Source: an uncultured Chitinophagales bacterium
GTDB lineage: Bacteria > Bacteroidota > Ignavibacteria > UBA10030 > UBA6906
Assembly: GCA_964444145.1 (NCBI GenBank)
Contig: CAYUFU010000002.1
Span: 38,722 to 102,721 of the forward strand
DNA length: 64,000 nucleotides
Direction of reading: 5' to 3'
In this document: in pieces, positions 15,435 to 23,311 of the stretch
How the letters are laid out: every line of letters begins with the position of its first letter
Position numbering within the stretch: position 1 is the first letter of the stretch
Translations under genes and position numbers: made by a program
The notes under the pieces: model-generated
Database searches by the model: none
Seen by the model: only the letters and a program-made list of their open reading frames with translations
Told to the model about the DNA's origin: nothing

Positions 15435-17051
15435 ATGCCAAACTCAAAAGACGAAAACAGAACCAAAGGCACCTTCAGCGACGTGCGCATGCCCGTCGCG
15501 AGAACATACATTAGACCGCTCTCGCGCAAGCTGATGATGACTCTCGGCGGCATTGTTTGTGGAGTCGTTGTTGCCTACTATGCCGTTGACTCCCTGCTGT
15601 TGAAGAATACATTCATTGCGAGCGGTCCGGTGGCGGCGAGCCACGCCAACTTCGAGAGCGAATGCGCGAAGTGCCATACGCCGTTCCGCGGCGTGAACGA
15701 TAGCAGGTGCACGACCTGTCATGAGAAGACGAACGACAAGTTGGGGGTATATTCCTTCGCCGCGCATTACCTGTACCGATCGGCAATGCCTGCGCGTATT
15801 GCCGATGCAAAGCAGAAACACGGCGCAGATGAGAAAATGTGCGCTGCTTGTCACCCCGATCATAAGGGACGCAACGCAAGCATCACCGTCGTGACAGATG
15901 CGAAATGCGCCACGTGCCACTACTCCTCGTTCAATGACGATCATCCTGAGTTTGAGTTTGCACGCACGAATGCCGTGGACGATTCGACCTTGAAGATGAC
16001 CCATGTAAAGCACACAAAAGAAGTATTGAAGGAACTTAATACGGCGAACATCGAAACCGCCTGTCTCTATTGCCACAATCCGATGGCGGATGGGAAAGCC
16101 TTCAAGCCGCTCGACTTCGACATGCACTGCGGCGATTGCCACCTCACGGCGAATACGGCATCCGCGTCGCTGACGATTCGCGACCCAAGCAATCCCAGTG
16201 CTCTCGGCGTCGAGACGTTGGAGATGATTCAACAACGAAGAGGTCCCGGCACGCGTTGGGCATTCTATACGAACCCAAACGAATTTACTATTACCGGCTC
16301 GCGCGTACAGAAAGCTCCCGTCTATCATCGCGATCCGTGGATTCTTGAAAACCTCAAAAGGATTCGCTCGATGCTCTACACGGAGGTCGGCCTCTCGGAT
16401 TTGTTGAATGCCGCAGGTGCCGGAGCGGAGAAGGGCAATCAGCAGTCGTATAACGAGGCGATTCAAACGCTCCGCGAGTATGTCACCGGCTTGCGCCCTC
16501 GTCCAGAAAAAGAAATTCAACAGGAGCTTACGACGATTGATTCCTTGTTGGATGTTGCGTCGCGCGTTGTGAATACGCCGGCAGTGACGCTCTCTGATTC
16601 GCTCTTTCGCATAACGGTGCGCATGGAAAACCCAAGCCTCACGGCGCAACAGAAGCAGGATATTTCGGATTTCGGCGAGAAGCTCGCGAAGCCGTGCCTC
16701 GAGTGTCATTACGTTGAGCGTGCGGCGATTCTTGGCGTGAAGGCGATCCAGCGAACGTTTTCGCGTGCCGAGTTCGATCATCGCGCGCATATTACGCAGC
16801 GCCGCTGCCTCGAATGCCATGACGTAATACCGATTGACGATGCGCTGTCGGACGATTCACTCGCAGTTACACGAGCCGCCGCGAAGATTCCGACGCTTGA
16901 TATCGCAGCGACACACAATATTCCGAAAAAAGAAAACTGCATCGAGTGTCATACAGCAGGCGCAGGGTCGAATGAATGCATCACATGCCACTTCATGCAT
17001 CCGAACAAAACGCAGCGCGGGAGTTTACAACTATTCGTTTCTAAGCCCTGA
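15435..17051 (+). CDS. Membrane-anchored decahaem c-type cytochrome
   Basis: N-terminal TM helix MMTLGGIVCGVVVAYYAV. Ten CXXCH motifs: CAKCH, CTTCH, CAACH, CATCH, CLYCH, CGDCH, CLECH x2, CIECH, CITCH. Confidence 0.85.
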   Translation: MPNSKDENRTKGTFSDVRMPVARTYIRPLSRKLMMTLGGIVCGVVVAYYAVDSLLLKNTFIASGPVAASHANFESECAKCHTPFRGVNDSRCTTCHEKTNDKLGVYSFAAHYLYRSAMPARIADAKQKHGADEKMCAACHPDHKGRNASITVVTDAKCATCHYSSFNDDHPEFEFARTNAVDDSTLKMTHVKHTKEVLKELNTANIETACLYCHNPMADGKAFKPLDFDMHCGDCHLTANTASASLTIRDPSNPSALGVETLEMIQQRRGPGTRWAFYTNPNEFTITGSRVQKAPVYHRDPWILENLKRIRSMLYTEVGLSDLLNAAGAGAEKGNQQSYNEAIQTLREYVTGLRPRPEKEIQQELTTIDSLLDVASRVVNTPAVTLSDSLFRITVRMENPSLTAQQKQDISDFGEKLAKPCLECHYVERAAILGVKAIQRTFSRAEFDHRAHITQRRCLECHDVIPIDDALSDDSLAVTRAAAKIPTLDIAATHNIPKKENCIECHTAGAGSNECITCHFMHPNKTQRGSLQLFVSKP

Positions 17052-17130
17052 GCGGAGCGAAGGGCATTGGCTGCTTGGTGGATTGGTGGATTGATGGATT
17101 GATGGATTGATGGATTGCGGATGCGCGGGT
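17043..17130 (+). repeat. Left arm of the GGATTGAT element: AAGCCCTGAGCGGAGCGAAGGGCAT module plus (GGATTGGT/GGATTGAT)x5; starts inside the last codons of the cytochrome gene
   Basis: The same 5' module TAAGCCCTGATCGGAGCGAAGGGTAT recurs at 55409. Confidence 0.65.
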
Positions 17131-17149
17131 CAACTATTGAGGAGAAGTT

Positions 17150-17590
17150 ATGGAATACACAAAACTCAGAAACAAGAATCGCGGCTACATGAAGTTGGAT
17201 GTGTGGCAAAAGGGAATCGTGCTGTTCCAGCTCGTTTGGAATCTCATCACGAAAGCAAAAGTAGATTTTAAGCTGCGGTCACAAATCGCCAATGCTGCTC
17301 AAGGGATTTCATCCAACATCGCGGAAGGCTATAGCAGACGCTCGGTAAAGGAGTATCTTCAATTCTTGTATGTTTCTCTCGGCTGTCTTTCTGAAACGCT
17401 CACGAGGTCTGTGGGGCTAAAAGTGATAAACCAAATCTCTGAAGACGAGTTCAATCAGATTGACGTTTTGCATTATGAAATTGAAAACAAACTGTGGCGA
17501 TTGGTCGAAAGTTTAGGGCGGAAGAAAGACGATGGCACGTGGAGCGATCGCGTCTCAGAGGATTTATCGGAATACCCAACAATCCAATAA
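17150..17590 (+). CDS. Four-helix-bundle protein (TIGR02436-like), second copy
   Basis: MKLDVWQKGIVLFQLVWNLITKAKVDFKLRSQIANAAQGISSNIAEGYSRRSVKEYLQFLYVSLGCLSE carries the family signatures LDVWQK, NIAEGY and EYLxFLxxSxGSLxE. Alternative start at M14 (17189). The C-terminal codons overlap the right repeat arm. Confidence 0.75.
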   Translation: MEYTKLRNKNRGYMKLDVWQKGIVLFQLVWNLITKAKVDFKLRSQIANAAQGISSNIAEGYSRRSVKEYLQFLYVSLGCLSETLTRSVGLKVINQISEDEFNQIDVLHYEIENKLWRLVESLGRKKDDGTWSDRVSEDLSEYPTIQ

Positions 17591-17625
17591 TCCATTTATC
17601 CATGAATCCATTGATTCATTATTCC
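17575..17625. repeat. Right (inverse-type) arm of the GGATTGAT element (CCAACAATCCAATAATCCATTTATCCATGAATCCATTGATTCA)
   Basis: Complement-type CAATCC units mirror the GGATTG units of the left arm. Confidence 0.6.
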
Positions 17626-17635
17626 TCCTAGTGTT

Positions 17636-18538
17636 ATGAAAGCGCGTCTCTTTTGTAAAACAGGCCAGCTCGCCGGCGCGAGCTTCGAGATTGGGACGGA
17701 CGCGATGATCGGCAAGAGTGCCGAATGCGTGATTCAACTCTACCCGCAGTTGATCTCGTCGCGCCATGCGCGCATTTATTTTGACGAAAAAGCGCAGAGC
17801 TATTTTCTCGAAGACCTCAATAGCCGTAATGGAACGAAATTAGACGGCACTCGTGTCAAAACAAAGGAGCGGCTCGGCTCGCTGCACGTGATTACGCTCG
17901 CGAACACGTTCGATTTTCTTTTCCAAGTGATTGACGAGAGCCAACAGATCGCAGCGCCGAAGGGTGAGCCTGCAAAACCAGCGACGCTCAAAACAGAGTT
18001 GGGGAGCGGCTACGTGCCACAGCAAACGCCGCCCCCCGCAATGCAGCAGGTTGCACCGAAAACCGTAATGAGCGACGAGCCATTGGCGAACGCTCCGCTC
18101 GCGTCTCACTCGCGGGAGAAAACGATTTTCGAGAACGATGCAATTCCCGTCTTTCGACAACCGAAGGAACAGGAGAAACGAGCCGACGCGAAGATTCCAG
18201 AAGAGAGTATCCCCACCCCCATGCCTCGTCCGCAGACGCCCGCAGCAAAACCTATCACCTTTGCAGTGGTAGTGGACTCGACGGGAAAATCCTACGAACT
18301 CAACGAAGGCTCGACCATTGTCGGCAGAGACGCATCGTGCGGCATCTGCATCGAACATGGCTCGGTCTCGCGCAAGCACGCGGAGTTGCTGCTCAAAGGC
18401 GGCAAGTTGACCGTCAAAGATTTGGGGAGCAAGAATCATACATTCATCAACGATCAGAAAATCAAAGTTGAGACGGAAATCCACGAGGGCGTAACGCTGA
18501 CCTTTGGCGTGGTGAGGGCGCGGGTGGTTAAGGCCTGA
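17636..18538 (+). CDS. Protein with two FHA domains separated by a Pro/Ala-rich linker
   Basis: FHA 1: IGKSAECVIQL...SSRHARIYFDEKAQSYFLEDLNSRNGTKLDG. FHA 2: TIVGRDASCGICIEHGSVSRKHAELLLKGGKLTVKDLGSKNHTFINDQKI. Both carry the G-R...S-R/H...N-G-T/hydrophobic signature. Confidence 0.8.
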   Translation: MKARLFCKTGQLAGASFEIGTDAMIGKSAECVIQLYPQLISSRHARIYFDEKAQSYFLEDLNSRNGTKLDGTRVKTKERLGSLHVITLANTFDFLFQVIDESQQIAAPKGEPAKPATLKTELGSGYVPQQTPPPAMQQVAPKTVMSDEPLANAPLASHSREKTIFENDAIPVFRQPKEQEKRADAKIPEESIPTPMPRPQTPAAKPITFAVVVDSTGKSYELNEGSTIVGRDASCGICIEHGSVSRKHAELLLKGGKLTVKDLGSKNHTFINDQKIKVETEIHEGVTLTFGVVRARVVKA

Positions 18539-18641
18539 GTGTGCCGCAGGTCGAAGACTCGATGTGGCGAGCGAACGAAAGGGGACCTCGGTTGCTGGAG
18601 CGATGAAGGAACGAATTGATGGATGAGGCTGTCCAAAAGTT

Positions 18642-18706
18642 TGTAGAGCTACGCTGTAGTGTCGCTCCTTTCGGCACCATGAGCGGTTCGGAGAATCGCT
18701 CTACAG
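18642..18706. repeat. Conserved ~65-nt structured intergenic element, copy 1
   Basis: TGTAGAGCTACGCTGTAGTGTCGCTCCTTTCGGCACCATGAGCGGTTCGGAGAATCGCTCTACA aligns at ~75% with 36912-36976. The 5' TGTAGAGCG and 3' CGCTCTACA ends are complementary, and an internal GTGTCGCTC can pair with the 5' end instead. Confidence 0.5.
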
Positions 18707-18904
18707 CACGACTCGGAGGGTCGCTTTACAGCCACAGCATATTTTCGGGCAGCCCTCACGTCCCGAGGCTCCAAATAATGAGAAACAACCACAAGGCTCT
18801 TCTGACATTAACGGCGGTTGTATTGCTGCACACCCTTACTGCAGCACAGCAGCTTTGAGTTCTGAATACCGAATCTATAATGTCCAACAAAAGAGGAGAT
18901 AGCC

Positions 18905-19681
18905 ATGAGACAGACACACACGGCAATCGTTACGATGGTTGCTCTCTTGCATTGCCTGACAGCGGCGCAGCCGAGCGGCAAATCTTCGACACCCAACAAG
19001 GAAACACCGAAACCTGTCCCCGACGGCATGGCGCTGGTCGAGGGAGGCTGGTTCCACATGGGACGCAACGAGGTTCTTTCTGAACCGGGGTATCGAGTAT
19101 ACGTCAGGTCGTTCTTCATGGACAAGCACGAAGTGACTGTTGGACAGTACCGCAAGTTTTGCGATGCGACGGGGCGAGCGATGCCAGCCGATCCTTCATG
19201 GGAAACGAGCGATGATCATCCGATTGTCAATGTCTCATGGGATGACGCAAACGCGTATGCACGCTGGGCAGGCAAGCGGCTGCCGACAGAAGCCGAGTGG
19301 GAATATGCCGCAAGAGGTGGGAACAAGAGCCGCGGCTTCAGGTATAGCGGCGGCAAAACGCTGGATGAGATTGCATGGTATCACGCCAATGCAAACGATC
19401 AAGCGCATCCTGTCGGCGAAAAGCAACCGAATGAGTTGGGCTTGCACGATATGAGCGGCAACGTCCATGAATGGTGTGCGGACTGGTACGACCCGAACTA
19501 TTACACGAAAAGCCCAGCGGAAAATCCGAAAGGACCGACGAGCGGTACGACGCGCGTTGTACGTGGTGGGTCGTTTGGCGGCGGTGGGCTTGAATATGAT
19601 CCGTATGAAGTGTCCCAGCGGTTCGATGAAAAGCCAACGACCAAGGGAGAGAATTGGGGCTTTCGATGTGTCAAAGACTAA
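18905..19681 (+). CDS. Secreted formylglycine-generating-enzyme (FGE/SUMF1, PF03781) family protein
   Basis: Signal peptide MRQTHTAIVTMVALLHCLTAAQPSG. Motifs HEVTVGQYRKF, WDDANAYARWAGKRLPTEAEWEYAARGG, GNVHEWCADWY, RVVRGGSF. Confidence 0.8.
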   Translation: MRQTHTAIVTMVALLHCLTAAQPSGKSSTPNKETPKPVPDGMALVEGGWFHMGRNEVLSEPGYRVYVRSFFMDKHEVTVGQYRKFCDATGRAMPADPSWETSDDHPIVNVSWDDANAYARWAGKRLPTEAEWEYAARGGNKSRGFRYSGGKTLDEIAWYHANANDQAHPVGEKQPNELGLHDMSGNVHEWCADWYDPNYYTKSPAENPKGPTSGTTRVVRGGSFGGGGLEYDPYEVSQRFDEKPTTKGENWGFRCVKD

Positions 19682-19701
19682 TCTTCAAAACGTAAACGAC
19701 C

Positions 19702-22047
19702 ATGCCCGATGTGCAATACACCCCCGACGGCTCTCTCATTCTGAGTGAGTCTGTCCAGATTCCCGACATCCTCGACCTTCTCGTCGTTGGGGGCGGACCG
19801 GCGGGCACTGCCGCAGCGTTTCGCGCGAAGGAACTCGGCTTGAGCACGCTCGTGATTGACTACGACGATCTCATGAAGCGCATCCGCGATTACCCGAAAG
19901 ACAAACTCATTCTTCCCGACTTCGGCGGCGGCGATCAGATGCGCTTTCCAAAAGGCGGCGACTTGATCACGGCGCTCCATTTTTCTCCTCTCGACAAAGA
20001 TGAAATGGTGAATGAGTGGAAGCGCTTGTACGTTACCTACAACGTGCCCGCCCAAGTCGGCATCGAGTTGTTGGGTTTGACCCCACGGGGCGGTGGCGTT
20101 TGGGAAGTGAAGACGTGGAACCACAACATCAAGAAAGAGCAGCAAGTGCTCGCGAGGCATGTCGCCATCGGCATCGGGCGCGGTGTGCCGCGCCGGTTCG
20201 ATATTCCCGGCAATACCGATGGCATCGCCTATCGTCTCGATGATGCGCTTGCGTATGTCGGTTCGCCGTCGCTCGTCATCGGCGGCGGCACGTCTGCGGC
20301 GGAAGCGGTGATTACAATCTCCAATGCTAAAGCAAAGTTCAACGACACCTCGGCAGTGTATTGGTCGTATCGCAGCGAGAAACTGCCGAAAGTGTCGAAG
20401 GCACTCGCCGATGTGTTCTTCGAGGCATATATCGGCAACGGCAACATTCGCTATTATCCCAACAGCGAGCCTGTTGCAGTCGTGACTGCGGACGACAAGA
20501 AGGATTATTTATCGCTTCGCGTCGATCGGAAACTGATTGCCGGCAGGCCGAACGAGACGCTGCATCTCGAATTTCCGAAGGAGTCTTGTATCGCGTGCAT
20601 CGGCGAAGATATACCGGAGACGTTTCTGAATTCGTTGGGCATCAACATGGTGACCGGCGGGGCGGCGAACAAAAAGCGGATGTGCGTAACGCCGTTGCTC
20701 GAAACGCAACAGCCGAACGTCTATCTGATCGGCGACATTCTTTCGCAAGCGTATCTTGAAACGGAAAACTTCGCCGCCGATCCGGCGACGTTCAACGAGG
20801 TGAAGCATCGCGGCAACATCAAAGCCGCGCTTGTGGATGGCGTGCTTGTCGCGGAAGTTGTGGCGCAGCGTGTCGCGGGAAAGAAGGAGATTGATGTGAA
20901 GATAGACTTCATCGAGGAAGTGAGCGGTCCTCGGCAGCCGGTGACACCAAATCCGGTAACACGCATTCTCACGGTGCCACCCGGTATGAAGCAAGCCGAG
21001 GTCGTCCAGCCGGTCGAGCAGAATCGCGCTTATCTTGCGCGCATCATCGTCGGCAGTGTGGAAGGCGAAGAATTCCCGGTCGCGATGAATGGCATCACCA
21101 CCATCGGCAAGAAATTCTGCGATATCGTTTTCCCAGATGATCCGTTTCTCTCCGATCGGCACGCCTCGATTGTGCACGGACCCGATGGCTTCTTCATCCG
21201 TGACGACGGGAGCGAATCCGGCGTCTTCGTCCGTGCAACAGAGGGCAAGTCCATCGAAGTTTCCTCCAGCGATTTGGTGCGGGTGGGGAAGCAGTTTCTC
21301 CTGTTTCGCAATGATGAAAACGGCGCTGTCTTCAGTCAATTCGACGCGGTCGGGAAGTTCGTCAAATTATTTCCTCTCAAAGAGAACACCATCGTGGTCG
21401 GTCGCGACGCTCCCGACATCACGCTCGATACGAAGGACTTGACCTTGTCCCGCAGGCATCTCGCGATCTCTCTGAAGCAAGGAAGAATCTCCATCAAAGA
21501 TTTGAAGAGCGTCAACGGCACCTACCTCAAGGTGCGCAACATGCTGCGCATCGAGCCGGAGGATATTTTCCGTGTCGGTGGCCAGACGTTCAAGCTGCTC
21601 GTGCGTCAAGAGCGTTCGACGAAGTCCATCCGCATTACGACATCTCCCCTTGTACGTGGCGACGTGACACCGCGCGAGACGCATGTGCAGGCGGAGCCTC
21701 CCGGTGCGGCGAAGCCTGCTGCTCCAGCCACTCCCGTTGCTGCACCGGCAGCGACGGGAAATGTCATCGTCTTCAAGAATGTTGGGAAGACACTCGCATT
21801 TGCGCCGGGAGAGACGATTTGCAGCGTTGCAGAGAAAAACGGCATTAAGATCGTTGCCGAGTGCCATGCAGGGATTTGCGGCAGCGATCCGATCAGAATC
21901 ATTTCGGGCGGCGACAAACTCAACGCGATGAGTGCAGCAGAGAAAGAAGCGTTAGAGGATATTTGCGGTCTCAGCACAACCGACCATCGCCTTGCCTGTA
22001 TGGCGAAGCCGACGGGAAGCGTGGAAGTGGAAATTGTCAAGGGGTGA
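19702..22047 (+). CDS. Multidomain fusion: FAD/NAD(P)-binding oxidoreductase, two FHA domains and a C-terminal [2Fe-2S] ferredoxin-like domain
   Basis: N-terminus LDLLVVGGGPAGTAAAF (dinucleotide fold), second GGG site SLVIGGGTSAAEAV, GD motif VYLIGDILSQ. FHA 1: ARIIVGSVEGEEF...SDRHASIVHGPDGFFIRDDGSESGVFV. FHA 2: TIVVGRDAPDITLD...SRRHLAISLKQGRISIKDLKSVNGTYL. Ferredoxin part: ICSVAEKNGIKIVAECHAGICGSD...CGLSTTDHRLACM. Confidence 0.8.
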   Translation: MPDVQYTPDGSLILSESVQIPDILDLLVVGGGPAGTAAAFRAKELGLSTLVIDYDDLMKRIRDYPKDKLILPDFGGGDQMRFPKGGDLITALHFSPLDKDEMVNEWKRLYVTYNVPAQVGIELLGLTPRGGGVWEVKTWNHNIKKEQQVLARHVAIGIGRGVPRRFDIPGNTDGIAYRLDDALAYVGSPSLVIGGGTSAAEAVITISNAKAKFNDTSAVYWSYRSEKLPKVSKALADVFFEAYIGNGNIRYYPNSEPVAVVTADDKKDYLSLRVDRKLIAGRPNETLHLEFPKESCIACIGEDIPETFLNSLGINMVTGGAANKKRMCVTPLLETQQPNVYLIGDILSQAYLETENFAADPATFNEVKHRGNIKAALVDGVLVAEVVAQRVAGKKEIDVKIDFIEEVSGPRQPVTPNPVTRILTVPPGMKQAEVVQPVEQNRAYLARIIVGSVEGEEFPVAMNGITTIGKKFCDIVFPDDPFLSDRHASIVHGPDGFFIRDDGSESGVFVRATEGKSIEVSSSDLVRVGKQFLLFRNDENGAVFSQFDAVGKFVKLFPLKENTIVVGRDAPDITLDTKDLTLSRRHLAISLKQGRISIKDLKSVNGTYLKVRNMLRIEPEDIFRVGGQTFKLLVRQERSTKSIRITTSPLVRGDVTPRETHVQAEPPGAAKPAAPATPVAAPAATGNVIVFKNVGKTLAFAPGETICSVAEKNGIKIVAECHAGICGSDPIRIISGGDKLNAMSAAEKEALEDICGLSTTDHRLACMAKPTGSVEVEIVKG

Positions 22048-22072
22048 AGCTGCGCCTCACCGGCGCAGCTTC
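22046..22072. terminator. Perfect 11-bp stem / 5-nt loop hairpin (GAAGCTGCGCC-TCACC-GGCGCAGCTTC) between convergent genes; no U-tract
   Basis: Overlaps the TGA of 19702..22047 and lies 14 bp from the 3' end of the minus-strand gene 22086..22406. Either a bidirectional attenuator-type structure or an RNA-stability element. Confidence 0.35.
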
Positions 22073-22085
22073 CGTTGCCTCGAAA

Positions 22086-22406
22086 CTACAAAGGGTTCGT
22101 GTACGCCAGCGCGTCTTTGTTGAGCGCCATAACAGATTTCTTGTGAATGCTGACGCCGAAGATCAAGTTCTTGCTCTGTCCCGATGCCGAGCCTTTGAAT
22201 GTCACGCGGTACAAATCGTCCGACGTTTTTGAGACTGACCACTCCTCGGTGGAAAAACTCGACTTCAACATCTGTACGATCGGTGTGCTTGATTCTGCCG
22301 GCTTGAATTCCTGGACAATCCGTACAGCCTCCTCCGCTCCGTGGTCGTTGCCCACTTGGCAACCGAGTACCGATACGACGACCAGAATAGCAGCAAGATT
22401 CTTCAT
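22086..22406 (-). CDS. Small lipoprotein, hypothetical
   Basis: MKNLAAILVVVSVLGCQVGN has a lipobox (LGC). No recognisable domain. Confidence 0.5.
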   Translation of the reverse strand: MKNLAAILVVVSVLGCQVGNDHGAEEAVRIVQEFKPAESSTPIVQMLKSSFSTEEWSVSKTSDDLYRVTFKGSASGQSKNLIFGVSIHKKSVMALNKDALAYTNPL

Positions 22407-22658
22407 GACATGCATTGTTGCGATCTCCTTTTGATGTGTTGTGACGATTTCATAACCAACATGCGCGCCAATCGCGAATGGCGACTTTTCTCAGCAAATT
22501 CTCATTCGGAAGAAGTAACAACTTCACTTCAGCTCTTCACGATTTCACGATGCTGGGTGCCTTCTCCGCACATACAACCCTCCAACGCCTGCTTGACTTT
22601 AGGAAGAGTGTTAGGTAGCATGTGTAAGAACGAATGAAATCCCGAATGGATGTGTGAT

Positions 22659-23213
22659 ATGTTTCACGAACTTGCAAAAAAAGTAACGACCGAGATTAGC
22701 GGGGTTCTTAACGATGTAAGCGAGCAGGACGCAAGTGCGCTGCTTCAGAGCATTCTGCAGAAGCAACGAATCGTAGTTGCGGGTGCCGGAAGAGTGGGAT
22801 TGGCTTGTAAGGGATTCGCGATGCGTTTAGGGCATTTGGGACTTTCGGCATTTACCCCGAACGATTCAACCATTCCCCCGATTGGCGCAAATGATTTGCT
22901 GGTCGTCGGCTCAAGCTCCGGAGAAACGCAAATTGTGTACGATGTTGCCCTCAACGCCAAAAGAAGCGGCGCATTGGTCGTTGCAATTACTGCCGATGCC
23001 GACTCGCGCATCGCAACGCTGGCAGACATTGTTATCGCGCTTAACGCACCTACGAAGTTTGGAACAACAAAGGGAGGCTCTTCAATTCAACCGATGGCAA
23101 CCCTCTTTGAGCAAAGCTTGCAAGTACTCTTTGATGTTGTCATTCTGATGTTGATGAAGAACATGGGCCGCACTCACGACGACATGTGGAGGCGGCATTC
23201 GAATTTGGATTGA
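22659..23213 (+). CDS. SIS-domain protein, 6-phospho-3-hexuloisomerase-like
   Basis: QRIVVAGAGRVGLACKGFAMRLGHLG...DLLVVGSSSGETQIV...ALVVAITADADSRIATLADIVIAL. SIS fold, length ~185 aa as in PHI/HxlB. Confidence 0.65.
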   Translation: MFHELAKKVTTEISGVLNDVSEQDASALLQSILQKQRIVVAGAGRVGLACKGFAMRLGHLGLSAFTPNDSTIPPIGANDLLVVGSSSGETQIVYDVALNAKRSGALVVAITADADSRIATLADIVIALNAPTKFGTTKGGSSIQPMATLFEQSLQVLFDVVILMLMKNMGRTHDDMWRRHSNLD

Positions 23214-23311
23214 GACCTCCATGTGCTCTCTCGCCGGACTGGAATCCATCTGCGTGTGTGCGGTGTGAAACAGGAACGTGAAGACTGCAGCGGTGCCGCA
23301 CCTTGCCGTCT

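Noticed and set aside
15444-16820. 458-aa minus-strand ORF
   Set aside because: Antisense to the decahaem cytochrome, whose ten CXXCH motifs prove the plus frame. The translation is Arg-rich.
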